34,644 bases of DNA from a virus: positions 71,267 to 105,910 of the IMG/VR virus record IMGVR_UViG_3300031965_000001; one strand, 5' to 3'. Within the stretch, counting starts at the first letter, position 1; each line of letters starts with the position of its first letter. The notes beneath the pieces were generated by a model, which was not told the origin of the DNA, searched no databases, and saw nothing but the letters and a program-made list of their open reading frames with translations. This document shows, piece after piece, positions 26,434 through 34,506 of this stretch. The translations under genes were made by a program, and so were the position numbers.

Positions 26434-26724
26434 ATGGGAGAAGACATGGGCATACCCATGAGGCTCCATGAGATGACCGCACACGAAGGCGACAGCACCG
26501 TCTATGTGAATCTGGCTATGATGTGCTACGGAGCCAAGGAAGAGACAGTAAAGATTTTGAGAGAAAAAACAGACATGGCGTATGTGCGCTACGCAATCAC
26601 CCTTGAGCAATGGGGACGGCTGTATGACATTATGGCAGCTCCTGGATGCTTGAATACGACAGCACAGACAATAGCTGCCGACCGGCAAACGAGAGTAATC
26701 CCCACACGCCAGTCCTCAAAATAG
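26434..26724 (+). CDS. hypothetical protein
   Basis: 96-aa ORF; 3' end overlaps a convergent gene. Confidence 0.55.
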   Translation: MGEDMGIPMRLHEMTAHEGDSTVYVNLAMMCYGAKEETVKILREKTDMAYVRYAITLEQWGRLYDIMAAPGCLNTTAQTIAADRQTRVIPTRQSSK

Positions 26725-27122
26725 GAAAGTCCTTCTCTGTATTGATAACCATGATTTTTAAGATCAAGTCTTTCAGGGTCATAGGATGTGGCTGTTTGTC
26801 TAAATTGATTTGCTGCCACTCGCAATTCTCTCCCGTCCTCTTCCCATGATGAGTACCATTTCCCATCAATAAACATCGGTAATTGTTCTTTGGTATATCC
26901 TCTCCAATCCCGTACTCTCATTCCGTGGCTTGTCAGTACCCAATAAATCATCTGTCTGAACCCGATTGCATTTCCGTTTGCGACGATGTTATCCTCGATT
27001 GTTTCCACGGTATCACAATCCGGCCTCTTCTTTTCATGGAATCCGAAAGCATCCGAAGCCAATCCCATAGTGATCGCAGTGCTCCGCGCAAGAAAGTCCC
27101 TCCTGTTTTCCGGTTTCTCCAT
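26589..27122 (-). CDS. hypothetical protein with twin-arginine-like N-terminus
   Basis: MEKPENRRDFLARSTAITMGLA; TAATG coupling to the upstream gene. Confidence 0.6.
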   Translation of the reverse strand: MEKPENRRDFLARSTAITMGLASDAFGFHEKKRPDCDTVETIEDNIVANGNAIGFRQMIYWVLTSHGMRVRDWRGYTKEQLPMFIDGKWYSSWEEDGRELRVAANQFRQTATSYDPERLDLKNHGYQYREGLSYFEDWRVGITLVCRSAAIVCAVVFKHPGAAIMSYSRPHCSRVIA

Positions 27123-27526
27123 TACAAAATCGCGTAAAAAATCCTTTCTCCCTCTTTTTTGATTTTGATCTCCTTTCCCCAATGAAAAAAGGTGGCAGTC
27201 GCCTCCATGTGTGTCAATTCAAACTCCTGCTCCTTTCCGTCCTCGGTTCTCTGGTAGAGAAAAATCCTCTCATCCTCCGTGGCTATTCTGAAAGCTCCAT
27301 CGTAGATTCCCCTATAGGGAATCTGAGTCCAGTTCAGCTTTTCCTCGTGAACCTCTCTCGGCTTCTTTGAGAAGAAAGACGCGGCATACGGGACGGCAAC
27401 GGTCGCGGCACCGGCGAAGTAGGCAATGACTTTTGCAACGAACTCCCTTCGTTCTATTTCCTGCTCCTCCTCACGAGCGGATTTGTATCCTACCTTTTTG
27501 CCGAGGTTGTAGTTTTCGCGGGACAT
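27122..27526 (-). CDS. membrane protein with twin-arginine-like motif
   Basis: IERREFVAK followed by a hydrophobic helix; TATAAT upstream at 27552-27547. Confidence 0.7.
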   Translation of the reverse strand: MSRENYNLGKKVGYKSAREEEQEIERREFVAKVIAYFAGAATVAVPYAASFFSKKPREVHEEKLNWTQIPYRGIYDGAFRIATEDERIFLYQRTEDGKEQEFELTHMEATATFFHWGKEIKIKKEGERIFYAIL

Positions 27527-27596
27527 GGGGAATGATAATTGTTCCTATTATAGCGTTTTTTGCGAAAGTGCTCTAACAGCACATGTTGCCTAGTTT

Positions 27597-27746
27597 TCAT
27601 CGAGTAATAGATTTAGCTAGATTGTCCGACTGGTACTCTGCGAGGCAGTCATCACACAAGTCCATTCCATCAATGGAAACATATCCATCATCGTCATTGA
27701 GTGGCACATCACACTTATCGCAACGGACTCCATAGTCATTTTCCAT
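27597..27746 (-). CDS. small zinc-finger protein
   Basis: CDKC...CDDC. Confidence 0.6.
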   Translation of the reverse strand: MENDYGVRCDKCDVPLNDDDGYVSIDGMDLCDDCLAEYQSDNLAKSITR

Positions 27747-27975
27747 GTGGAGAGAGGGAAGAGAGTATCTTGCAGCGTTGGCAATCAAAGTCTTTTCCGC
27801 ACATGCAATCTCTTTTCTGAATCCACTCCCGCATCAGCTTATTCTCCTTGTACATCTGATCGCTCGCCGCATTGAATCCCGCTATAAAACAATCGCACGT
27901 CTGTTCTCCATCATTGTAAGCACAGAAATGATTTGATAGTGCCTCTTTTGCCGCTGGTTTATTAGGTTCTGTCAT
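27736..27975 (-). CDS. hypothetical Cys-containing protein
   Basis: ATGA-coupled chain member. Confidence 0.65.
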   Translation of the reverse strand: MTEPNKPAAKEALSNHFCAYNDGEQTCDCFIAGFNAASDQMYKENKLMREWIQKRDCMCGKDFDCQRCKILSSLSPHGK

Positions 27976-28262
27976 GGCTGGAGATTGGAAAGTGTGTCGG
28001 ATGCCTTTTTTTGGAAATAGTCATTCGGCTTCCAATCATCGTCATACGACCTTTGGGGCTGCTCGTTAGCCCATCGAACCCGTGACGTGTGTGTTACGGT
28101 TCGCATATCCTCTAGTGCTTCACGCATTATCTTGTGCTCATTCAATACGATTGACACGGGGCATTTCTCAGCATGAAACCCTTGATCTGCGACATGGCAA
28201 AACCGACACACTGTTGAGTCACGAAGCCTGTGCCATGCCGATTTTGTCGTTGTTCTGCTCAT
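27972..28262 (-). CDS. hypothetical protein
   Basis: CRFC...H...CP; ATGA coupling. Confidence 0.65.
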   Translation of the reverse strand: MSRTTTKSAWHRLRDSTVCRFCHVADQGFHAEKCPVSIVLNEHKIMREALEDMRTVTHTSRVRWANEQPQRSYDDDWKPNDYFQKKASDTLSNLQP

Positions 28263-28429
28263 AGCTGTGTATTGGTGGCAGAGAATATTTCGTAGAGTCT
28301 CCTGGCTTTCGCCTTGCCCAGTGCAGAATCGTCCAGCGACAGTTTCAAGGTTTCTCGTACACCTACAATGTCTACTTGTTCGCCACGAAGCAATTTTTCA
28401 AGACCGATGGATGTGAGGTAAAAACTCAT
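28259..28429 (-). CDS. small hypothetical protein (56 aa)
   Basis: fills the gap in the chain; ATGA overlap downstream. Confidence 0.6.
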   Translation of the reverse strand: MSFYLTSIGLEKLLRGEQVDIVGVRETLKLSLDDSALGKAKARRLYEIFSATNTQL

Positions 28430-28432
28430 GGG

Positions 28433-28603
28433 TTAGGGGAGGATGGGGCGAGTAGCTTTTTCTTCCGCAACAATCTTACGATGCTTTTTGCAAAGCCCTG
28501 TCTTGTCTGCATGTTGTAAGCACAAAACGTGAAACTGACTATCGTTGTACACAACGCCTGTGCATCGGTTCCATTCTGCCAATGGTGTAGAGGGTTCTGT
28601 CAT
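28433..28603 (-). CDS. small hypothetical protein (56 aa)
   Basis: ATGA overlap with the upstream gene; C...C...CKKH. Confidence 0.6.
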   Translation of the reverse strand: MTEPSTPLAEWNRCTGVVYNDSQFHVLCLQHADKTGLCKKHRKIVAEEKATRPILP

Positions 28604-28815
28604 GGGAGGTGCTTGAGAAGTAGATCAATTGCTTCCTGTAACACAGTAGCTCGTCGCTCTCCCTTTGTTGTGTCTTGAACGGCTTGGATAAGGCCAAGAG
28701 CACGATACAGGTCACTGATGATACCGATGTTCTCAACCGTCATTTCGATCTTCTTTGGCCGGACCGTGTTTCTCTGTTTTGCCTTTGCTTTAGAACGTTT
28801 GCTATCGTGCTTCAT
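28600..28815 (-). CDS. hypothetical protein
   Basis: ATGA coupling on both sides. Confidence 0.65.
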   Translation of the reverse strand: MKHDSKRSKAKAKQRNTVRPKKIEMTVENIGIISDLYRALGLIQAVQDTTKGERRATVLQEAIDLLLKHLP

Positions 28816-29021
28816 TGGGGGGAGGGGGAATCATCTTTCTGTGGAAGGGGAGAGAAACAATCCATATCCTCAGCCGCAATCTGCACAAGGGCAAAATTCG
28901 GGCATGCTGGATTCACGCAACATCTCGGTTTTGCTTTCGTGTGGTGTACGGCAATAACGGGAGAACTAAGTTCTGCGCCACATTGGTTACAGGTTGCCGA
29001 TGGTGTGACAGGCGTGGTCAT
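28812..29021 (-). CDS. small zinc-ribbon protein
   Basis: CNQCG...CVNPACP; ATGA coupling. Confidence 0.65.
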   Translation of the reverse strand: MTTPVTPSATCNQCGAELSSPVIAVHHTKAKPRCCVNPACPNFALVQIAAEDMDCFSPLPQKDDSPSPQ

Positions 29022-29311
29022 GTGTAATTGAGTTTCCCTTTCGTATAGTATTCCCTGATCCCAGACTCCTTTTCAAGATATGCTCCATGTGGTTCAGGAA
29101 CTGCACAATCCTCTCCGATAATGGAAGCCCTTACGGCCAGCCATTCCTCCTGTGTTATTGTACCGAGTCGGAAAGCGATCGTGGCTGCGTTGAGTTCTGC
29201 AATCCTCGGGCCGATTTCTTCCATTGCCCTCTTGTCAGATGCTTCTTGGGATGGCCTTCCTGCGAAGCATCGCATATCGAGTGTGCCGTCTGATTTGTTT
29301 CTAATCTTCAT
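29018..29311 (-). CDS. hypothetical protein
   Basis: begins K.DGTLDMR (motif seen in small phage proteins); ATGA coupling. Confidence 0.65.
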   Translation of the reverse strand: MKIRNKSDGTLDMRCFAGRPSQEASDKRAMEEIGPRIAELNAATIAFRLGTITQEEWLAVRASIIGEDCAVPEPHGAYLEKESGIREYYTKGKLNYT

Positions 29312-29478
29312 GCTGCGTCGGGGCGGCCAAGGAGTTCATTCATTTTTGCATGGATCATCACGCGGAGTTTCTGTTCACGATCCACGGTCATTTCTGGGGT
29401 TTGAAAGTCCACAAAATCGGCCAGGTCTTCGAGTTCAATCAGCGTCTGGGCCTGTTTGATGGATTGTTCAAATTTCAT
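29308..29478 (-). CDS. small hypothetical protein (56 aa)
   Basis: first gene after promoter TTGTAT-N17-TAGTCT (29520-29492); ATGA overlap downstream. Confidence 0.6.
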   Translation of the reverse strand: MKFEQSIKQAQTLIELEDLADFVDFQTPEMTVDREQKLRVMIHAKMNELLGRPDAA

Positions 29479-29528
29479 AACCTCGTAAATAAGACTAGCA
29501 TACTTTTACAACAAATACAATAGAATTT

Positions 29529-31838
29529 TTAGACAACACCAACAACCTTTTCTATATCACCCACCTCTCCTTTTATTGTTTCTGTATCAACAACAATGCC
29601 CTTAATTAAAATAATAGTCGGAGCAGCAGAGGGGGATGGGGAAACAGAAGAAGATGGAGAAGAACTCTGACTCTCTGATGATGATGGCGAAACGGATAGA
29701 GACTCGCTCGAAGAAGGAGAGACAGAGGCAGATGGTGATATAGATGGAGAAACAGACGACGAAGGTGAGACCGAGGAGCTGGGAGAAACTGATGGAGAAA
29801 CAGAGGAAGACGGGCTTACCGAAGAAGATGGAGAAACTGATGGCGACTGACTCGATGAGGGGGAGACTGATGGGCTTTCGCTGCTACTGGGAGAAACAGA
29901 TGCGCTGGGGGACACAGATGGTGATTCAGAGCTACTTGGACTGACTGAGGGGCTTTCAGACGATGATGGTGAAACCGAAGGGCTTTCTGAGCTTGAAGGG
30001 CTTACAGAAGCCGAGGGACTAACAGATGGAGATTCACTTGATGATGGCGATACGCTGGCACTCGGAGAAACAGAGGCAGACGGGCTAACGCTGGGTGAAG
30101 CTGAAGACGACGGAGAAACGGATGCCGACTCAGAAGACGATGGAGATACGCTTGCTGAAGGCGATACGCTGGATGACGGGGAAACAGACGCACTCGGAGA
30201 AATCGAAGGGCTTACTGAGGCAGACGGGCTAACACTGGACGATGGTGAAACCGAAGGGCTTTCTGAGCTTGAAGGGCTTACAGAGGAAGAAGGCGAAACA
30301 CTTGGAGATTCTGAACTAGATGGCGAAACCGAAGCACTGGGAGAAATGCTCGGGCTTTCCGAAGAACTTGGGCTGACAGAAGAACTTGGTGAGACAGAAG
30401 GACTTTCTGAGCTGGATGGTGAAACCGAGGAACTTGGAGAGGTGCTTGGAGACTCAGACGATGATGGGGATACAGAAGAACTAGGAGAAACACTTGGAGA
30501 TTCAGAACTGCTAGGGGAAACAGAAGGAGATTCACTACTCGAAGGGGAAACAGACGCACTAGGACTAATAGAAGGGCTAATACTCGAAGATTCTATTATT
30601 TCCGTATACTTCAATATCTTAAAATCATCCGCACGTCCTGCCGTGCTTGCAAATGCCCCATGGCGCATCATGCCGCCTTGGTTTGCGAGCCATCGCTTGT
30701 TGAACCCTCGTATTTCGAGATTTCCATCAACGTAGCAATCAAAACGCCCGTCTGCGGCGTAGATGACTTTCAGAGCGTAGGTCGTTGAGTTGTTGATCGT
30801 TTTGGTGGCATATCCAAGACTAAGTAAAGTATTACTCTCATCAAACGAGTACACGCCAACAAAGTTAACGTCTGTTAAAAGACCAAGCCCTACACCCTCG
30901 CGGTTCGCCGTGCCGACAAGTTGTGAACCGACAAAGGTAAAATGGCGGTTTTCCACGCCTCCGGCGTTCCATGTACACTCGGCGGCCAGCGCGTAGACAG
31001 AGTTCACGGCAACCCCTGAGTCAATGACAGAGCGGCTGTTGAGAGCGGAGAAATTGAACTTGCCCGACCCGTCTACTTTTACATGGTTAGCCCCGCTTGT
31101 GTCCCATACCGTTCCGGCATCCACCGTATCCGGCGAACGACCGTCAATATCGGCTGTTGTCCCCGATGCCGCGTCGTGAAGGAGCAGGGTTTCGGTTCGG
31201 CTGGCAATGTCAATATCGGGGAGCGTCCGAACTTCCATGTTGTCCCACCGGGCATTGGAATCCGCAGCAGCGTTTCGGGAAAAGAAAATATATGTTTCGT
31301 CCGAAGCCGGATCAGCCGCCGCCCCAAACGCAAATATCTCCACCCCGTCTACCAGTGCAACAATCGTCCGATCTCGTACTGCCAGTCCGACACGGTATGT
31401 CTGGCCGGGGTCTATGGCATAGGGGATTGTTCCCACCTCTGTCAATGTGCCACCGATGACTTCAAAAATGATGATCGTGCCTCCGGCTTCTCCCGGCCGG
31501 AAACTTATTAACATATAGTCTTGCCGTGACGAGTCGCTTCGTGCGGCAACCGTCATTCGATTATCCGCCGTGCCGCTTACCGGATCAGCCGTGTAGTCAA
31601 TCTCAAAGATATAATCAAAGACACCTGCTCCGAGGTTGAGTTGTGCATATCCTCCCAATCCAAAACTAGTGTTGATTCTTATTTTATCGCTGCCGTCGAA
31701 CTCAACGGCATTGGCAGCCCCTTGTGTCCAAGCATTCCCGCTATCGTTTACCGTATCCGGGTTAATGCCCGCAAGGTCAGTGCCGTCAGACCTGCTGCCT
31801 CCGAAGCCGTCTTGTTCAATAGTGGTTATCTCGGCCAT
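29529..31838 (-). CDS. putative virion surface/adhesion protein: two ConA/lectin-like beta-sandwich domains, Ser/Pro stalk, short C-terminal tail
   Basis: internal duplication of D..G..PDTV..G..W, ALVDG/CYVDG and WDN/ADDF endings; ~320-aa SPS repeat; no signal peptide. Confidence 0.65.
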   Translation of the reverse strand: MAEITTIEQDGFGGSRSDGTDLAGINPDTVNDSGNAWTQGAANAVEFDGSDKIRINTSFGLGGYAQLNLGAGVFDYIFEIDYTADPVSGTADNRMTVAARSDSSRQDYMLISFRPGEAGGTIIIFEVIGGTLTEVGTIPYAIDPGQTYRVGLAVRDRTIVALVDGVEIFAFGAAADPASDETYIFFSRNAAADSNARWDNMEVRTLPDIDIASRTETLLLHDAASGTTADIDGRSPDTVDAGTVWDTSGANHVKVDGSGKFNFSALNSRSVIDSGVAVNSVYALAAECTWNAGGVENRHFTFVGSQLVGTANREGVGLGLLTDVNFVGVYSFDESNTLLSLGYATKTINNSTTYALKVIYAADGRFDCYVDGNLEIRGFNKRWLANQGGMMRHGAFASTAGRADDFKILKYTEIIESSSISPSISPSASVSPSSSESPSVSPSSSESPSVSPSSSVSPSSSESPSTSPSSSVSPSSSESPSVSPSSSVSPSSSESPSISPSASVSPSSSESPSVSPSSSVSPSSSESPSVSPSSSVSPSASVSPSISPSASVSPSSSVSPSASVSPSSSESASVSPSSSASPSVSPSASVSPSASVSPSSSESPSVSPSASVSPSSSESPSVSPSSSESPSVSPSSSESPSVSPSASVSPSSSESPSVSPSSSQSPSVSPSSSVSPSSSVSPSVSPSSSVSPSSSVSPSISPSASVSPSSSESLSVSPSSSESQSSSPSSSVSPSPSAAPTIILIKGIVVDTETIKGEVGDIEKVVGVV
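29625..30594 (-). repeat. coding Ser/Pro repeat (SPSSSE/SPSV/SPSASV units)
   Basis: regular at protein level, synonymously diversified at DNA level. Confidence 0.95.
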
Positions 31839-31839
31839 A

Positions 31840-32205
31840 TCATCTAAAGGTACTGCGGGAATCGTATTTCACGTTGAGCTTCTCAAGTGCCTCCTCAACA
31901 GTCGTTGCCGTCACCGTTTCCCCTGTTCTGGTAGCAACGGTATCTAAGGCTCCTTCTCGCACTCCCGTCTCGTCACCCAAGAGCGTGATGTCGGGATCGG
32001 CGTCAATCGCGTTCTGCTCGGCTCTCGTTTTGATGCCTGCAAAGATAATCATGTACCCTGTTTTTTCCCGTAGGTCTGTTCTGGCATCCGCTAATCTTTT
32101 CCACCATGAACCGCTGAACCGCTTGGAAATATGGTTAGCTATGCAGGGGCGTACCGGATCGTCGGGCGTTCCCGCGCCGATGAGCTTGCAGAGGTAGTAT
32201 TTCAT
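31840..32205 (-). CDS. hypothetical protein coupled to the lectin/stalk gene
   Basis: YYLCKLIGAGTPDDPVRP N-terminus; stop 1 nt before the next ATG. Confidence 0.7.
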   Translation of the reverse strand: MKYYLCKLIGAGTPDDPVRPCIANHISKRFSGSWWKRLADARTDLREKTGYMIIFAGIKTRAEQNAIDADPDITLLGDETGVREGALDTVATRTGETVTATTVEEALEKLNVKYDSRSTFR

Positions 32206-32206
32206 A

Positions 32207-32247
32207 AAATATAGGGGATGAATCACAATGAATTATCCCCTATATTT
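32207..32247 (-). terminator. 13-bp hairpin directly upstream of ATG 32205 (terminator or translation attenuator)
   Basis: AAATATAGGGGAT / ATCCCCTATATTT inverted repeat. Confidence 0.55.
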
Positions 32248-32751
32248 ATATTTTTGTCTAATACACTAAAAAACAGGTGGACTAAAAACAATAATAACCG
32301 AGAGTAAAACAATGAAAGCACTCAACACATATTTAATTTTCTCCTGTAACCAGTTTATTTTTTTAATAGAAAAAATTTTGTTCTCCATATTTCAATGGGG
32401 GTAAAAATAATCTGCTCCGATTCTGCCAGTTTCTTGGTGCCAAAAAATGCACACCGAAACAGTCTCCTACTCCATACTTTTCATGTCAACCCACTTGATC
32501 AAAAATTAAATACAGGTTTTTCACCTTATCTTGGCGGTCTAAATTTTTAACTATTGACACATCTAATTTTTGTTGTCCTGATGGTTTTTAATGCCCAAAA
32601 TTGCATAGCCGCATATATCGTCGAAAGGAGATTCAGCCCCAAAATCTGGCTTGTTTGCCACTCTGAAGAGCTTGTCGATAATCCTCACAAGGCATAGCAT
32701 ATCCACATACTGATCTGGTTTTACACCATCAGGATACAAAACTTTCATTAT

Positions 32752-34033
32752 CAGAAAAAATCAGAAAGAAAACCCTGACCTCTGGTCTGGGATGAATTTC
32801 CTTGCATAATGCCCAATGATGTATTAAGATGTGAGTAATGCATCATTGTTCCCTAAAACTAAGGTTCTATCCTACAATAACACAGGAAGATATTTTCTCC
32901 AAGGAATTTGGATGTGCTCGTTATGTCTATAATTGGGCACTTAGATATAGGACTGACAAATATGCCGCAGGAGAAAAAATAACATACGTTCAGAGTAGTG
33001 CAGCTCTCACCAACTTAAAGAAAGAATTGCCTTGGATGAAAGAATCATCTTCTGTTCCTCAGCAGCAAGCTCTAAGACACCTACAAGAAGCCTTTAATAA
33101 TTTCTTTGAGAAAAGAGCAAAATATCCAAAGTTCAAAAAGAAAGATGGTAAACAATCTGCTACCTATATGAATACAGCATTCAAGATTAGAAATGGAAAA
33201 ATAATAATAGCAAAAGCTGGGGTATTAGATATTGTTTGGAGCAAAAAGATGCCAGATAACATCTCCAGTCTCACTATTTCCAAGGACAGAGCAGGGAGAT
33301 ATTTTGTTTCTGTAAAGTACGAAGAAGTGAAAAAGAAACTCCCCAAAACTGGAAAGAATGTCGGGATTGATTTAGGGATTAACGCCCTTGCCACCCTCTC
33401 TGATGGAACCTCCATCCCCAACCCACGCTATACTTCCAAGTATTCTTCTCTCCTTACCCGCGCCCAACGTAGATTGAGTCGGAAAGCCAACGGCTCAAAG
33501 CGAAGGGAAAAGGCTAAGCTAAGAGTAGCGAAGATACATGCGAAGATAGCAGATTCCCGTCTTGACCATATTCGCAAGGCAACGACGAAAATCGTACGAG
33601 ACTTCGATACAATCTGTATCGAGGACTTATCTCCGAGGAACATGATGAAGAATCATTGTTTGGCGAAAGCTATCGGGGATTGTTCATTCTTTGAGTTCCG
33701 TCGCCAACTTGAGTACAAGTCTCTTTGGTACGGGAAAACGGTCGTAACTATAGATAGATGGTTCCCTAGTTCCAAGAGATGCCATGATTGTGGTTATATT
33801 ATAGACTCCCTCCCCTTAGATGTTCGGGAATGGGATTGTCCAGAATGCGGTGTATCCCATAATAGGGATGAGAATGCAGCGAAGAACATCTTGTCGGTCG
33901 GGCTGACCGATACTGCGCGTGGAGGCACTCTGAAACCGCGTGGCACTTCGGTGCTACAACGTAAGGGCCAGCGAAACGCGAACCGCACTGCTTAGTCAGG
34001 AATCCCCTGCCTCTGGCAGTGGGAGGATGTCAA
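32752..34033 (+). mobile_element. non-autonomous IS200/IS605-family (IS1341-type, tnpB-only) element, 1282 bp
   Basis: inserted 3' of TTAT, ends in TCAA, no target duplication; subterminal hairpins at 32773-32791 and 34004-34023 preceded by guides AAAA and GAAT. Confidence 0.92.
32838..33995 (+). CDS. tnpB: RNA-guided endonuclease TnpB
   Basis: FGCARYVYN; RuvC motifs GIDLG, IEDL and RDENAA; zinc finger CHDC/CPEC. Confidence 0.96.
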   Translation: MHHCSLKLRFYPTITQEDIFSKEFGCARYVYNWALRYRTDKYAAGEKITYVQSSAALTNLKKELPWMKESSSVPQQQALRHLQEAFNNFFEKRAKYPKFKKKDGKQSATYMNTAFKIRNGKIIIAKAGVLDIVWSKKMPDNISSLTISKDRAGRYFVSVKYEEVKKKLPKTGKNVGIDLGINALATLSDGTSIPNPRYTSKYSSLLTRAQRRLSRKANGSKRREKAKLRVAKIHAKIADSRLDHIRKATTKIVRDFDTICIEDLSPRNMMKNHCLAKAIGDCSFFEFRRQLEYKSLWYGKTVVTIDRWFPSSKRCHDCGYIIDSLPLDVREWDCPECGVSHNRDENAAKNILSVGLTDTARGGTLKPRGTSVLQRKGQRNANRTA

Positions 34034-34125
34034 ATCTGCCGCATTGTGGAAAGAATCTCCATACGCAATGTTTTTCTCCTGAACCAGCTTGCCGATTCTG
34101 GTTCCAATTTTTTCGTAAGACATGG

Positions 34126-34506
34126 CTAAGATGGATTGTCCACCACAGATTGTATAATAAATATCTTGCCAATGTCCATTGTCGTAAACGATCCATCGGG
34201 AAACTCAACCGCCAATTCATAATCGTTATACCCACCAAAACCAGATGTATTCACATTCAAATGGACCAATATCTCGCCAGTATTCTCGTCAACCCATTCT
34301 ATTTCTGTTTCGACATCATCTGTCAATTCTACCCTTGCAGTCACATCCTCAGCCCTTCTTTTGATATAAAAATGAACCTTCTCTGTCTCTGATCTTTGTA
34401 TAGGATTCCCGATATCTGACTCATCTATCCAATCCTCATCGTATGTCATTGTATACGGGATTGCGTATTTTCTCCCCTCTACGATGGTGTAGTTAGCTAT
34501 TGACAC
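34126..34506 (-). CDS. BppU N-terminal-like (Ig-fold) phage structural protein
   Basis: VHFYIK...IEWVD..TGEILVHL....T......YELAVEFPDG...T...G.I.I pattern; leaderless GTG. Confidence 0.6.
   Translation of the reverse strand: MSIANYTIVEGRKYAIPYTMTYDEDWIDESDIGNPIQRSETEKVHFYIKRRAEDVTARVELTDDVETEIEWVDENTGEILVHLNVNTSGFGGYNDYELAVEFPDGSFTTMDIGKIFIIQSVVDNPS

Larger units (their letters stand above)
32563..34123 (-). pseudogene. DUF1599/Nmad1-like (nucleotide-modification-associated) gene interrupted by an IS
   Basis: 34123-34034 (MSYEKIG...EKNIAYGDSFHNAAD) joins 32751-32563 (IMKVLYP...RIIDKLFR...ESPFDDICGYAIL) in frame, giving 92 aa. Confidence 0.85.

Noticed and set aside
29744-32197. Many overlapping + strand and alternate-frame ORFs
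   Set aside because: Shadows of the GC-richer, repetitive 769-aa and 122-aa genes
32752-34033. IStron (group I intron-IS hybrid) splicing out of the host gene
   Set aside because: The element is antisense to the host gene and has only 86 bp upstream of tnpB, too little for an intron core
33996-34238. 80-aa minus-strand ORF and + strand ORF 33940..34392
   Set aside because: They cross the IS end; the real coding frame is the 34123-34034 fragment
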